A stretch of DNA of 64,000 nt from Nymphaea colorata. Its lineage: Eukaryota. A program made the position numbers and the translations under genes. The stretch spans positions 34,844,001-34,908,000 of the forward strand of contig NC_045138.2 in assembly GCF_008831285.2 (NCBI RefSeq). Reading direction: 5' to 3'. How positions within the stretch are numbered: the stretch's first letter is position 1; each line of letters begins with the position of its first letter. Shown piece by piece: positions 51,141 through 63,460 of the stretch. The notes under the pieces are model-generated. The model did not search any database, was not told the origin of the DNA, and saw nothing but the letters and a program-made list of their open reading frames with translations.

Positions 51141-53361
51141 GAAATACATGAAGGCTGAACTCGCAAGAATTGAATGCGACAATCTTTCGTGGATGTACGA
51201 TTTTGGGGTCAATATCTTCTCCTTTTTTTTATTATCTAGGATGTCGAGGATGATTCCTTTTTATTCATATTCTGGAAATTGAAAGACATTCCCTCTAGAG
51301 ATTGGACAACATTGATGAGAAATAAAACCTAATGCTTGTATGGTACTGAAAGTACACCAAGGTTATATTATTTGCACAACACGAGCACTCAAGCCTATGA
51401 GTTGAATTGATCATTTTTGAACTATTTCGAAATTCAAAGTAAAAACTTGACGTCTCTTGTATGTTTCCAGGCTTCCTAGGCATAGTAAAAACTAACCAAT
51501 CCCCCTTTGGTCTTAAAAATTTTTGCCCATTTCATTACCAAATTGCTGGTCCTTCTGTGAAATAGATGAAACCCCTCAAACCTAGTCCAACCTCAGCGTG
51601 ATGAACTATCCATCATTTCCTATTTAGTCCATCTTAACTGCATAACCCAAACTTAATGTTTTTCTTTTCAAAAGCACTAGGTGATATTTTTCAAAAGTCC
51701 TTCGAAGTTGCATAGCGGTATGTCCTTGGCTTCACTTTTTTTTTTTTTTGTGAGTTATATAAATTTCAGCTGTTTCCTCTTTATTCTTTGTTTCATTCTA
51801 GCTGCAGTTAAAATCTTTTTGGTAGTATAGTTCCTGTAATAAAAGGATCAGCCGTATTCTTAAACTGGCTCCACCCATGTCTGTATCCATGCATTTTTAT
51901 GTCATCAATTATGGTTTTTTTTTTATTCCTTTAGGGTGGTCCCTTTATTTTAATTTACATGTGACTGGACATGGTCCTGAATTGTCTTTTGGTTGTCTTT
52001 TATTTCCAAGAGGCGTCTACCTGGTGGAGGCTTGATTTCTCATTTTGGATCTGAGAGTGTATTTAGACAATGCAGCTATATCTCAAAAGCCATATGCTGT
52101 TTTGGAAGTTCTCCATGATTATGTGAGTGATACAGCTCGAATGGTCACCACAATATTCATTACTTAAGGTATCCCAACATAACGCCCCATGCCTACCCTT
52201 CTCTCTCTCTCTCGTCTGATTGCTTGCTCACTCACATCCATGTTCAGAGTTGGACACCCACAATGATGCACTCTTCCTGTTTGCAAAGCAAGCAAGAAAA
52301 AGAAAATTCCTTTTGTAATTCTATGTTTCTGTATATCAAGAAAGGAAAAAAATAAGGGTAGTTCATTGGGTGCATGATAAATAATTTGATTTAATCTTTT
52401 TTCAATAATTTTGTATTGTGCATTATTTCATTGTTTTATTATTTGGCATATTGTGTGGTAGGTATTTGAAAAGACCCTGGAACCTCAGTGTCACCTGTCT
52501 TTTCTCATTGTTTCTAGCAGCAGCAGTCCTTTCTCATTGTTTCTAGCAGCAGCAGTCCGACCCATATAAGTGCTTAATGTTCTATACACTCATTCATGTT
52601 AATAATTTTCTATAATTAATATGTTACAAGTGAAATTCATTGGCAATGCTGTCGCGTGTATCTTGTCTATGTCAGGTGTAGTGGGCTATGTCGAGAATAT
52701 AATCAGGGTCTCTCTATCAGATCTCAACAACCTGGAATAGCTGCCACACCCCTAACTGTGCCTTTATAATCAAGCTGGTAAAGCATCTAATCAGGCTGGT
52801 AAAGCATCTATATAAGCATATTGTGTCATTATTTAGTGAAGTGATTGCAGCATGAACTTAAACCATGAGAAGAGAATTCGTTTTGTTGATACTCTAGCCA
52901 TCTAGAATCTGCAATACAGCATCAAGCATCAGATGGAACAGACCTACACTCAATGGTGCGGTTAGTAGATCTCTCTTTGAACCCAATATGATTTTGCATG
53001 CCTTACAATGCTAGCTCTGCTGTCAATTTTCAGGATTTTTCAAAATGATTATTAGTGTGACTGCTTGCATTCTCAAGAATAGATGCATGTATTTGTACTT
53101 CTCACAAAGCTTTTAGATTTTTCTATTGTTTTCAGTTATATTCAGATATATTTTATGTGCATTATGGACAAATTTGTGACCCTCAAACTGAAGCTGCTTT
53201 GCGCTTTTAAGTTCAGAATACATGACAGTTTACCATTGATCTAAATTAGTCTCATGGACTGTTCACAATTCTTGAATATTGTTGTTTGCAATAAGGTTCT
53301 GACTTTGTTAACAAAATAGGCTAATCGTAAACCAATTATGTCCGTCAATTGCGAGACAAAC

Positions 53362-56140
53362 ATTATGTTCGACCATAATTTGCCTTGAAACCAGCGAGGT
53401 AAATGCGTTTGTGGATCTGAATGTTAAGCTGGAACTGGACCCATTTATTTGGATCTCGTACGGCAAAAGAGATTTAGATTATATCTTTGATTTCATGTGC
53501 TTCAGGTATTCAAACCCAAACTTAAACCTGGGAGCTGATAAATTTGCAATCCAATTAGGCGAAGTTGAATCTTATTCCTGTCAAATTTGACTTCAATTTC
53601 GGGTCTGGATTTAAAAGTAAAACTGTGATTGGGAAGCATGTGTGCTGATTTCTTTTTTTAACTACTTATATTGATATGTGGTAAAGGTAGAAAAAGCTAA
53701 CATTTGGACGCCGCCTGGACGCCATTAATAAAAATGTTTAACGGAAATCACCAAACTAAGCAACCCTTGATGCGGTCCGCATGCGGTCCCTTGTTTTTTA
53801 AACTTTTCCCTCGGTCTTTTTTTCTCTCTCTCTGATCTTGAAAAGGGCAAGAACGCGGTCTGTTCCCTCTCCCTCGCTTTTTAAAATTGTCCCTCGTCAG
53901 TTCTCTCTCTTAGGGCCCGTTTGATGCACAAGAAGAATTTAACGGGGTAAATTTACCATGGTAAATTTTTCTGGAAAAATTTACAGGATGAAATTTCTCC
54001 CTCTTCCAATCTAAGGCCCTATTTGATGCATAGGAAGAATTTAACATGGTAAATTTAACCATGTTTGATGCACAAAGTAGAAAAATGGGGAGAATTTTTT
54101 CAAAACTAGTTGGCTTCCGTAGGAATATATATACGTGCTTATAGTTTGGAAACCTGAATTTAAGAATCAAATTTGTTGGATATGTGAATCAACATATAGC
54201 CCTTTCTATATGTCAAAGCCCCAAAATAATGTGAACCTAACAACAGAAATATTAGATAAGGATTAAAATCAATTTAAAGAAATTGTATGTATGAAGAAAC
54301 AATAGTGGCTCTGCAACTAACATAACTTCTACACGGATCTCCGTAGGCATTCTACAATTAAACAATATGCTGATACAGAATAGAGATACAGAATTGAGAA
54401 CAGAAGCAAAACCCTAAATCAAGCCAACATGGCATTCAAAAGATAATCAACTATGGAATCTAGAGGCAATTCTGATGAGAAAGACAATCAGCACATGCAG
54501 CATCAAAACAATATGAAGATGTGGGGGCATCTACTGGAGAAGCCAAAAAACAAAGAAAGAGTCTCCATTAGGGCGTTTCTGAAAGGGACAGAGAAACATG
54601 AACAACAGGACCACGACAAAATTTTTTTTCCTCCTGAAAGAAATCAAGAATGCACTAGAATGACGAACAAAACGGTGGAAAACAAAACCAGAAAGAGGCA
54701 TAATGCAATTAAAGAGACAAACCCTTCTATTCACGTTGCTCAGTCCAGCAAGCGGTATCAACGAGAAACCGTGGAGACTTAGAGGCGGAAGAAGACGACT
54801 ACCAACAGTGTCTGGTTGAATTCTTTGTGGGGGCAAGTTTCCTCTAGCAATTTTTCTCTGTGGTAGCGAAGGAAGTGAACCATTTGACTCTCGCTTCTTC
54901 AGCTCACATGCAGCCATCACCGCCATTCAGTTGAGAGACATCAGGGAGCCTTTGAATTGTTCATTGAGATGGAGAGAGAGAGAGGAGAGGAACGAGAGAC
55001 CGAGAGAGGAAAGGGGAAGAGGCAACACAGGGAAAAGACGAGAGAAAACGGATAGGATGGAGAGAGCGATAGAACTGCGAGAGGAGAGGAACGAGAACCC
55101 GAGGAGAAGAGAGGGGAAGAGGGTGTCGACGGGAGGGGAAAGCAGCAATAAAGGGGAAGATGGCATCCACGGTTGGGGAAACCAGCAAAGAGGGGAAGAT
55201 GGGCTTCAACAGAAGGGGAAACCAGCAAAGAGGGGAAGATGGGCTTCAACGGGTGGGGAAACCAGCAACAGCATAGGGGAGCGTGGATGGTGGGAGGGCA
55301 GAGGGGAGCGCCGACAATCAGGCAGTGAAGAAAACGTCGTCTGCAAAATCCGGTAGTGAGTTCCGGCGCTCACTCCTTTGTTTCCCCAGGCGATATCTCG
55401 GCGGTAGAGTTTTGGCACCACGAACCTCGCGGCAGGGGCTTTGACGCGGGAGAACCAAAAGCGACGTGCCCTTGAGCGGGTGAAACTTCGCCCGCTCAAA
55501 AGTCCGACCTCACAGGTCGGTGAACTTTCACCCGTCCGCTTTAACGAGAAACGGGTGAAAGTTCACCCCGTTTGATAAGCCGTGAGTACGGGTGGGTGAA
55601 ATTTGATCCGCCGTATAGTTTTCCCCCTCTCTTTTCGTTTTATCTCTGCAATCAAACGGGCCCTTAGGATTGTCGATTTTTGTTTTTCATCTAAGCTTGC
55701 TTTTCCTATCGCAGCAGCAATGGAGATCATGTTTTTCCTATCAATGGAGATTCTGGTTTCTGCCATCCGATCGAATCTGCAATGAAGGTGAGGGTCGAGT
55801 CATCTGAATGAAGCAGCAAATCAAGGTTCACGGGAGATCCAGCAATGGTCCACCGGAAAATCAGAATCATCTTTTGATTCGCCAGGGACGAGTTCAACCT
55901 CTCCAAGGCCAAGGCCAAGACTGGGTACTCCAAGAGAGTGAAGGCTCAAATCTGTGATGTCGCTGGCTCTGAGAGGTATCATTCTCTTTCATTTTCCACT
56001 TTTTGTCATATTTGGGAATGCCTATTGTTTTTGGAAACATGCATCTATTAGATCGATACCTATTGTTTTTGGAAACATGCATCTATTAGATCGATAGCAT
56101 CTGTATAGGACAAACATATATGCAACAAAGTTTGAGATTT
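53362..56140. repeat. Dispersed duplicate segment B (paralog of 35142-36740), interrupted by a Harbinger element
   Basis: Same blocks as segment A on both sides of 53913-55663. Confidence 0.9.
53913..55663. mobile_element. Non-autonomous PIF/Harbinger DNA transposon, 1751 bp
   Basis: Perfect 13-bp TIRs GGGCCCGTTTGAT / ATCAAACGGGCCC, flanked by TTA at 53910-53912 and 55664-55666. Absent from paralogous segment A. No transposase ORF. Confidence 0.9.
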
Positions 56141-56415
56141 AATCGACCGTCATTCTTTGTTAAATTTTCAAGCTATGATTTGTATGTAATCTTTTTCAAA
56201 TGGCGGCTGTCAGTTGCTTGGCAAGTGTATAAAAAGAGCAGCTGCTCTATTCTTGGTTATTTGATGTCAGTTCTTTTGTGTGAAAATCCTTGTGTACAAT
56301 AATGTTTGGTGGCTATATTTATGAATCTATATCGCACCAGCCTATTGCCTATCTTCTCCATTGATCTTGAGACTAAGGCGCTAACGTGATTTCTAGCAGC
56401 GGCATGGGCAGGCGT

Positions 56416-56418
<3 letters not shown>

Positions 56419-56469
<51 letters not shown>
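56419..56469. repeat. Compound microsatellite (AT)n(AG)n
   Basis: Read directly from the sequence. Confidence 0.9.
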
Positions 56470-56470
<1 letters not shown>

Positions 56471-56705
56471 AGGTGTAAATTGTTTGTTTTTTAGAGGTGA
56501 TTTGAAATTTTATCCAATAAATTTTCCCTTGTATATTTTATGGAATTACCAAACACACGGGTGGAAAAAAAGTTGCCTTCCACCTTATTCCAAAAATTCC
56601 TTCCATGGTAAAAAAAGATCTATTGTTCAATTCTTTTTCCATGTTTTCTTTTTTTACCACTTTACCACGAAACTTGTTTGCCTTTTAGGAAAAATTAAGC
56701 GCGTC

Positions 56706-56929
56706 CAGGGGCGGAGAGAGGGGGGCCTGCCTGGGCCACGGCCTGGGTGGCGCATGGGGAAAAAAAATTTATATTTGAAAAATAAAAAAAAAATTATTTT
56801 GGCCCGACCCTCCGCATGTGTTGGCCCTACCCTATTTTGCCAGTCCCACCCAACGTCGCTTCCTCCTTCTCTGACTCAAAGATCTGGATGGTTTGGCTCG
56901 CCCCTAAAAAAAATTTCGATTCTGCCCTG
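56706..56929. mobile_element. hAT-type MITE
   Basis: Ends CAGGGGCGGA ... TCTGCCCTG, with GC-rich subterminal regions and an AT-rich centre. Flanks agcgcgtc / agctcg resemble a decayed 8-bp TSD. Confidence 0.55.
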
Positions 56930-57169
56930 AGCTCGAGCTCGTCAATCATGAAGGGAGCTCGAGCTCGTCAATCATGAAGGTGAACAAGTTTAGTTTCGTT
57001 TGCAAACATTTCCTGTAATGATCTCCACTCTTTTTCCGAGATGCGTTATCATTTTCATTCCGGTTGAAAGGCTTGAAAACTGAAAACTGACTATCAACAA
57101 TGACTATCAACAAAGACAGCAAGATACTTTAACCTTTTAACTTAGAAACCAATTTATGCTTGCAACTAC

Positions 57170-57590
57170 ACACTTGGTCGGCTGGCTCTTCGAGGAACGG
57201 GTATTGCGTCTATGACTCCTCTTGCTGCATTCAATTAAATGTGAACATGAGACTTTTCTTTTTCCCATTTTGTCTAGATGAAAATCCTATTTTTATTTTG
57301 AGCCATGAAGATCTTTTGACAATGGACGAACGATTTGACAGTGGAAGCAAGACATGCCATTCCTTGGGATCTTGGAAACGATTGGTGTTTATGACATCTC
57401 TTGTGTAACAGAGCATGGTTTTTTGGCTGAAGAACCCGACCCTGTTTCTGCTTATGCACTCACTGAGGCTCGCTACAGGGCTCTCTGCTATTTTCTGATA
57501 GAACTCATCCTTCACGAAGACACTGGAAAGATCACAGCGTTGAGTTCCTCAATCGGTTCTTGTGCTGCATATCTACTTTCTTTGCAAACT
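57170..57590 (+). pseudogene. Fragment of a plant P-loop NTPase-family gene (recalled as At4g13030-like last exon)
   Basis: After an AG acceptor, three frames give DENPIFILSHEDLLTMDER / ILETIGVYDISCVTEHGFLAEEPDPVSAYALTEA / LLFSDRTH. An upstream piece reads GYCVYDS. Family assigned from memory. Confidence 0.5.
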
Positions 57591-58346
57591 TGATGCATCA
57601 GTATAATGGTCAATTTATCAGGTTGGCAATTTATCAGGTTGTGTGAACATCTCATTACGAGTGCAAAAGATGCGATGATCCATGTGTGACCTGGGTACCG
57701 CTCAAAGTTCTTGATGAAGCAACGTCCTCTCAATCAAGTTAAAAATGTCAATTGGATGCAATCAAAATAAATAGTTAACTGATTGACACAACCAATGAAT
57801 GACCAACTTGATGCATTGGCATAATGGTCAGTTTTAGGAGGTTATGTGTGAACATCTCATTGTGAGCGCAAAAAAAGTCAATGAACCCTGTACAATAAGT
57901 GGGAGAGACAGTCTCGTGAAACCGGGGAACTGCTTAAGGATCTTGATGAAGGAACGTGCCTTCCATCAAGTTTTAAGAGTTTCTATGTGATCATCAAGTT
58001 TTAAGAGTTTCTATGTGATCATCTGATTCCATGTTTCGCTCTGTGTGCTTTTGGTTATTGATAATGACGTGATCCTGTTTTCCCTGTTGTTGGTGATTGA
58101 TATCGCTGTGCATCTTCTTGGTTTCTGTTGTTTCTTTTGGTTTCTGATGGTGGTTATGCCTTTATTCTGTTTTTGCTTTTCCATGTCCTCTGCTCTGTAT
58201 TCCTTACCCTTATTGGTGGTGGTTGTATTTCTGTGCCATGGATGTTTGCCTCCAAACTATTTTGATGCTGGTCAACTCATTTTATTTGACTTTTTTTTTT
58301 TGGTTTAATTGATCCATAATACTTTGCGTTATGTTTTTTTTCCCAG

Positions 58347-58415
58347 GCTTTGCCAAACCAGAGCAAGTTGATTATCCAAACTTCAAACTGGTCATTGTTG
58401 GTGATGGCGGAACTG
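58347..58415 (+). pseudogene. RAN: Isolated RAN GTPase exon (frameshifted)
   Basis: AG|ALPNQ..VDYPNFKLVIVGDGGT|GT is the N-terminal exon of plant RAN, with a 1-nt deletion. It is preceded by T-rich intron-like DNA, and no later RAN exons follow. Confidence 0.85.
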
Positions 58416-58569
58416 GTGCGTCTTTACTTTATCAGACGCTTCCTTGCCATGTCTTTTATAAGAACTGTTTCCTGGAAGTTTAGGGACTAGCGGTTCCTTT
58501 GTTCCTTCGTTAAGCACCTGTCATGAATAAAGTGATGTAGTTCAGGTGATAACATTTGGATATTGGCAG

Positions 58570-60063
58570 GCCATCAAAGAGGGAATGGATGCTGTAATAG
58601 CTGTTGGTGGTGATGGTACTTTAAACGAGGTACGGACCTTACGGTACTAGCCTATTTTTTGCTGTATTTTCTTTGATTCACAAACTTGGAACTGCGTCCA
58701 GAAACTCTAAATCTGGAAGGTGGTCGTATGAATTTTGAAGACTGTGAGGAAGAAATGCAACTGTGGCATCTCTCAACTATTAAATATAGATTCAGTGTAA
58801 CTTTACCTATAATGGAGGACTACTGATAACGCTTAATCTGTGCCATGGATTGAGATAAGGCCTTGTGTTCAATTTTGTGGAGGAAAAATTGCTTCAGCAT
58901 GGAAAATATTCAAAGCATTTTCTTTAGAATTTATTAATAGCAAGAGGTTTTATCTGTTATTATATTTCAAGTTGGATTAATACTTGGTAGTTCTTTCAGG
59001 TTGTGAATGGCTTCTTTTGGGATGGAAAGCCTGTCCTGGCAAAGGCCAAGGTGATAAATGCAAAACTGCCCTTGGGGTATGCAATACTATGTTCTATTTG
59101 TTGCTCATAATCTAAATAAATTTCTGCCTGTATTTCTTGTAATATGCATTCAATATGGGTTATGTGCCTCTGAGTTATGTTTATAGTTCTATAAGGGATA
59201 AGGGATAAGAAACATGATCATACTAATGATGGGAACTACTTTCTTTTCAGTTGATTCCACTAGGAACTGGATCTGATTTTGCAAGAACTTTTGGTTGGTC
59301 AGTTTGCCATTTTCTGATATAGTTAGAACTTATATGTTAGGTTATATGCCCTCACAATGTCTGTTTAATTTTGTCAGGAAGAACGACCCTAATCAAGCTA
59401 TTGATTGCATTGCTGCTTTTAGGCTTAAAGCAAACCTCAAACCTCCAATTTACTTGCCATTTATATTATGCTTGAGTTGCATTTGATTTCTTAAGTTCTT
59501 AACAATCAGTTTTGCTGTCTAGTTCTTTGTGATTTTAATGCAATGAACTGAACATTGAAATGCTTGCAGGACTGAAGAAATACACAGATGTTGGTGTGAC
59601 TAGTCAACTAGGTTCCAAACATCATTACTTCTTGAATGTTGCAGATGTTCACTTGTACGTTTCATTGATTGAGTTTGCTGGAACTTGCACAATTTCTAAT
59701 GATGGCTTCATGATTTTTTTGTGAAAGCACACAGAAGTGCAAAGGCCGGCTATTATGCTTCCATGTAAAAAAAAATTGGCAATCTATGTTATGTTTTTGT
59801 TGCTAAGAGAGGTTTCATTGGGCACAAAAACCGTGATCTGAGGATAAGGGTTGGTAACATGTCTGATAATACTCACGTAGTCTGTAGTCTCAGTTATTTA
59901 TGTACATTACATTGTATAATTGTATTTTTGTGCACTGTAGATTGATGCTGGTGAATGGGAATTAGTTCCTAAAGTAACAGCCCTATGCATAGGGAATCCA
60001 AAATCCTTTGGTGGCGGTATGAAAATAACCCCACATGCGGAACCTCACAGTGGAAACCTTGAG
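58570..60063 (+). pseudogene. LCKB2: Internal exons of a DAGK-family lipid kinase (sphingoid long-chain base kinase 2, At2g46090-like)
   Basis: Exons AIKEGMDAVIAVGGDGTLNE, VVNGFFWDGKPV, LIPLGTGSDFARTFGW, KNDP, YFLNVADVHL, SAKAGYYASM*KKIGNLCY and [24 protein letters not shown] at 59766 and a frameshift; both termini are missing. Confidence 0.85.
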
Positions 60064-60139
60064 GTTTTAGAATTTTCTTTATTTTCATCCGTTGAAAGAG
60101 GGAGGCATCTTACACCTGAGGGATGCTAAGGATTACAGT

Positions 60140-60375
60140 CGCTGCTTATAATAGAAACTCACTATCGGGCATGGATAGGTTTGAAGGATTGGTTGATGAA
60201 TGCTTTGTTAATTGTAGAGAAGCCAAAGGAGGATGTTCACACTATGGGGTTTAGAAGGGTCTGCTTATAGAAACTCCCTATGGGGCATGGATAGGTTTGA
60301 AGGATTGGTTGATGAATGCTTTGTTAATTGTAGAGAAGCCAAAGGAGGGATGTTCACACTATGGGGTTTAGAAAG
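60140..60375. repeat. ~116-bp tandem duplication
   Basis: gggcatggataggtttgaaggattgg...cactatggggtttagaa occurs twice. Confidence 0.9.
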
Positions 60376-60560
60376 GTCACTTGTCTCCGACCAACTAGTG
60401 GTGCAAGGCTGCAGGCGGCCTAGTGAGTGTGAGGCCTACCGAAGCATCTCTCGATGTTGGCAAGTTAATGGTGAGAGTTGCAAGCCGAGTCTTTTTTCTT
60501 GGAAGGAGGCGAAATTGTGATTGCCTTTCCATTCAGAGTCTACAAGTGAGTTTAAAAAAA

Positions 60561-60690
60561 GGGTGGTGGGTGGACTATTAGATGAGCAAGAACAAGCAAA
60601 GTGGATCGGTGCACTACTCGTTGTAGGCACACAGAGAGGGGTGGTGGGTCGACTATTAGATGAGCAAGAACAAGCAAAGTGGATCGGTGT
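60561..60690. repeat. ~78-bp-period direct repeat
   Basis: gggtggtgggt.gactattagatgagcaagaacaagcaaagtggatcggtg occurs twice. Confidence 0.9.
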
Positions 60691-61896
60691 ACAGAGAGCT
60701 GCAGTTAGATGGCTTGCAACCATGCAATCGAGTTAGTACTTCCTGCAAAAACTAGGGGACTCAATGTCATTGAGGGCAGGAACGGAGCAGCAAGTTTGGA
60801 GAAGATGGGTAATGAACAGCTTGTTAGAGTCCATCTTACCATAGCTATAGCTGGAACTATGCGAGACAAAGTAGTTCCAATGAGGCAGGCTGAACTCTCT
60901 AAAGATGCTACCATTGGGTATCAATTTTTTAAAACATGCTTGTGGGTAGAGAAAAAAAAGACGGGAGAGTCACATTCCTGCTAGCAGTGTTGCATCAATA
61001 TACCCCAAGCTTTAAGCTTTTAGGGGGGGTTGCACCTTAAGATCTTTGCAGCTGTCATGGTAGCTTGAACAGGCAATAGGCATTGTTGATAAAAGGGAGA
61101 CAGAGTTAAAGAATGATCCAGGCAGAATTGGAGAGGGGGCATGTAGGTGACCGAATGGTTACAAGCATTGTATCTGTCGGAGGGGGAACGAGACGGAAGC
61201 CTATAATAAATCCAAAAAGAAATGAATGATGCTCAGCCTTCAAGAATGATGAGCACCTTTCTTAATCTCCTGAGGCACACCTTGTTGATGACCCATTTCC
61301 AACCAGACACAGCAAACTCGTCTGACTAGCACTTTGAAGTTAATTTCAAGGTTAGGCTAACATTGATTGAAATTGCCAGAAAATTTAAGAAATATCCTTT
61401 TAACAAAGATGTTGTTCTTAGTGCCAAAAAGGATAATTACACAATTAGGGTACCAGTGGGCCGGGCCGCACTATGATGGGCTACCCTAAGAACAACTATG
61501 ATGGGCTACCCTGGTCACATTGCTTATGATGGGCTACCCTGGTCACATTGCTTGAGAAGATCTGCAAAACAAACACAGTCAAGAAGTCAATGCACTGTGG
61601 GGGCCTGGACTGCATCTCTTGGCTCGATGGAAGGCTCTTCTCGTACAACAACCATTTTTCTTTACACGTTGAGGAGAAAGTGGTTTTTAGGCATTGGGTA
61701 TAAAATTGGATAGGATCCCCAAGAGACTGATCTAGTAGTGCTTATATATGGTCTAAGGACCACCACTAACATTGAGGGGGTCTGGCCATGGATAACCCTA
61801 ATCGGGGAAAAGGGGTTCGAAGGGGGGACTCTTGTTAGGGGTGGCTGACACAAAGCCTTTCCAATAATTAGGTGTTTGGATTCACCTACCTAATAT

Positions 61897-63075
61897 TGTT
61901 AGGTTTTTAACTTGACAATTTTGGATCAAAGGAAATTATCTTGAAATGTGTATTGGGTAACAACCAACCCCAATGTGATAACTCGGATGAAGGCAATTTG
62001 AATTCCAACCATCTTTTTCGAGATTCAGCTGTTGTTTTGATTGCAAACGACTTCCCCCAACAAACTAACTTCATTCTATGTTGGCACTTGGAGAATCCGT
62101 CCATTCTATTCATTGCTAAGTTGACATATCCTGCTCAGGACAGTGCTTGCTTGCTGTTATCTGAAGTGATGATTTTGACAAGAAATTTTTTAGAGTAGGA
62201 TTTTAGATTGTTTCTCTCGGTACTTTTAACTTGGAGACTGAAGGACGGAAGTAAATTCCTTTCATTTGTGTTGTCAACAAAAAGTAAAGTTTGAGTGCAC
62301 AGCATTCCCTGGAGAAGCACAGCTGTTATTTTCTCTTTGATTCCTCTTTCCACCAGTCCTTAAACCCAATATCCCCAGACTGCAAGGATGAGATAGAAAG
62401 CTTCGTTCAAGAATTCATTCAGTCGTAAATGAAACCGTTTTCTTTGGTGCGGGAAGCAGTTGGATCCACATTTCAGGTATAAAGACGCAAAAGCTTTCTC
62501 AGTTTATCAGTTAAAGTGGAAACTTCTTCAAGGAGCACTACTTGTTGAAGCCACACCAAGCTGACAGTGCATTAATGTCATGCCCTGACCTAGTTACAGC
62601 CGTGGAATAAGATGAAGGGAAAGTCTTTTTGGCCTTTAACTAGCAACTTAAGGCAAAACGTACCACAAAAATTTAATTATTGTATATATGCTATATTTTG
62701 CCTCAAATAACTGGAAATTTTAATGCGTGGAAAAAATTTTCTTTCTTGGAAGCGTTTTATTTTAATCAGAATCTTTTCATAGATTTTATTACAAAAACTG
62801 ATTTTATTTAATTTATAAACCAAAAGGTGAGCCAAAAGAATTTTCCTTAAAAATATATTTCTTTAAGAAAATTGAGCTCAGCTGTATAATCACATTTTGT
62901 TAGGTATTTAACTTGAAAATTTTGGATCAAAGGAAATTACGGGTGACAATGAAGGGTTTAAACCCCAACGCTGATGAAGGCAATTTGAAGTCCAGGCACC
63001 TTTTTTGAGATTCGGCTGTTGTTTTGATTGCCACCAGTCCTCCCCCAACAAAGGTTCCTACTCATTGCTAAGTTG
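61897..63075. repeat. Diverged ~200-bp direct repeats at ~61897-62125 and ~62897-63075
   Basis: Both contain ttttggatcaaaggaaatta, gatgaaggcaatttgaa, gctgttgttttgattgc and tcattgctaagttga. Confidence 0.8.
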
Positions 63076-63199
63076 AAGGGATGAGTTTGTTCAAGTGGGA
63101 TTTTGGATTTTATGGCAGCTCATGGCAAACCGTGTCTCATATCTTTTCGCGGTTGGGTATGAAAATAATCTCATATAATTTTATTTATTGAACTAGGAC

Positions 63200-63460
63200 C
63201 GTGCCGCTGATTTATGCTATACCGGTGATTAAAGGCACCGCTGTAAGGAGATGCCGGTGATGGACGCCATCGGAATTGGTCTTTTGCGGTGATTGAATTC
63301 ACCTCTGCACGGGATCTCGACCGGTGATTTGGGCCGCCGCTATTTCGCACAAGTTATAGCGGTGATGGGATTCACTGCTGTCGATCTATAGCGGTGATGG
63401 TTTCCGTCGAAACTGTACCGGTGACGTCCTTCACCGTTGTAAATCTATAGTGGTGATGGA
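63200..63460. mobile_element. Array of degenerate hairpin motifs (tatagcggtga...tcaccgctgt), probably DNA-transposon subterminal repeats
   Basis: Repeated motif similar to the one at 2330-2357. No termini were found. Confidence 0.4.

Noticed and set aside
54405..54420. aaaaccctaaat as a telomerase RNA template
   Set aside because: An isolated telo-box-like motif. No USE/TATA Pol III promoter or terminator context was seen.
54453..55499. Cluster of 80-140 aa ORFs inside the Harbinger element
   Set aside because: GA/CT-rich low complexity, with no DDE transposase or Myb/SANT motif.
60100..61900. Possible LINE or other retroelement remnant after the kinase fragment
   Set aside because: Purine-rich and decayed, with no RT, endonuclease or gag motif recognisable.
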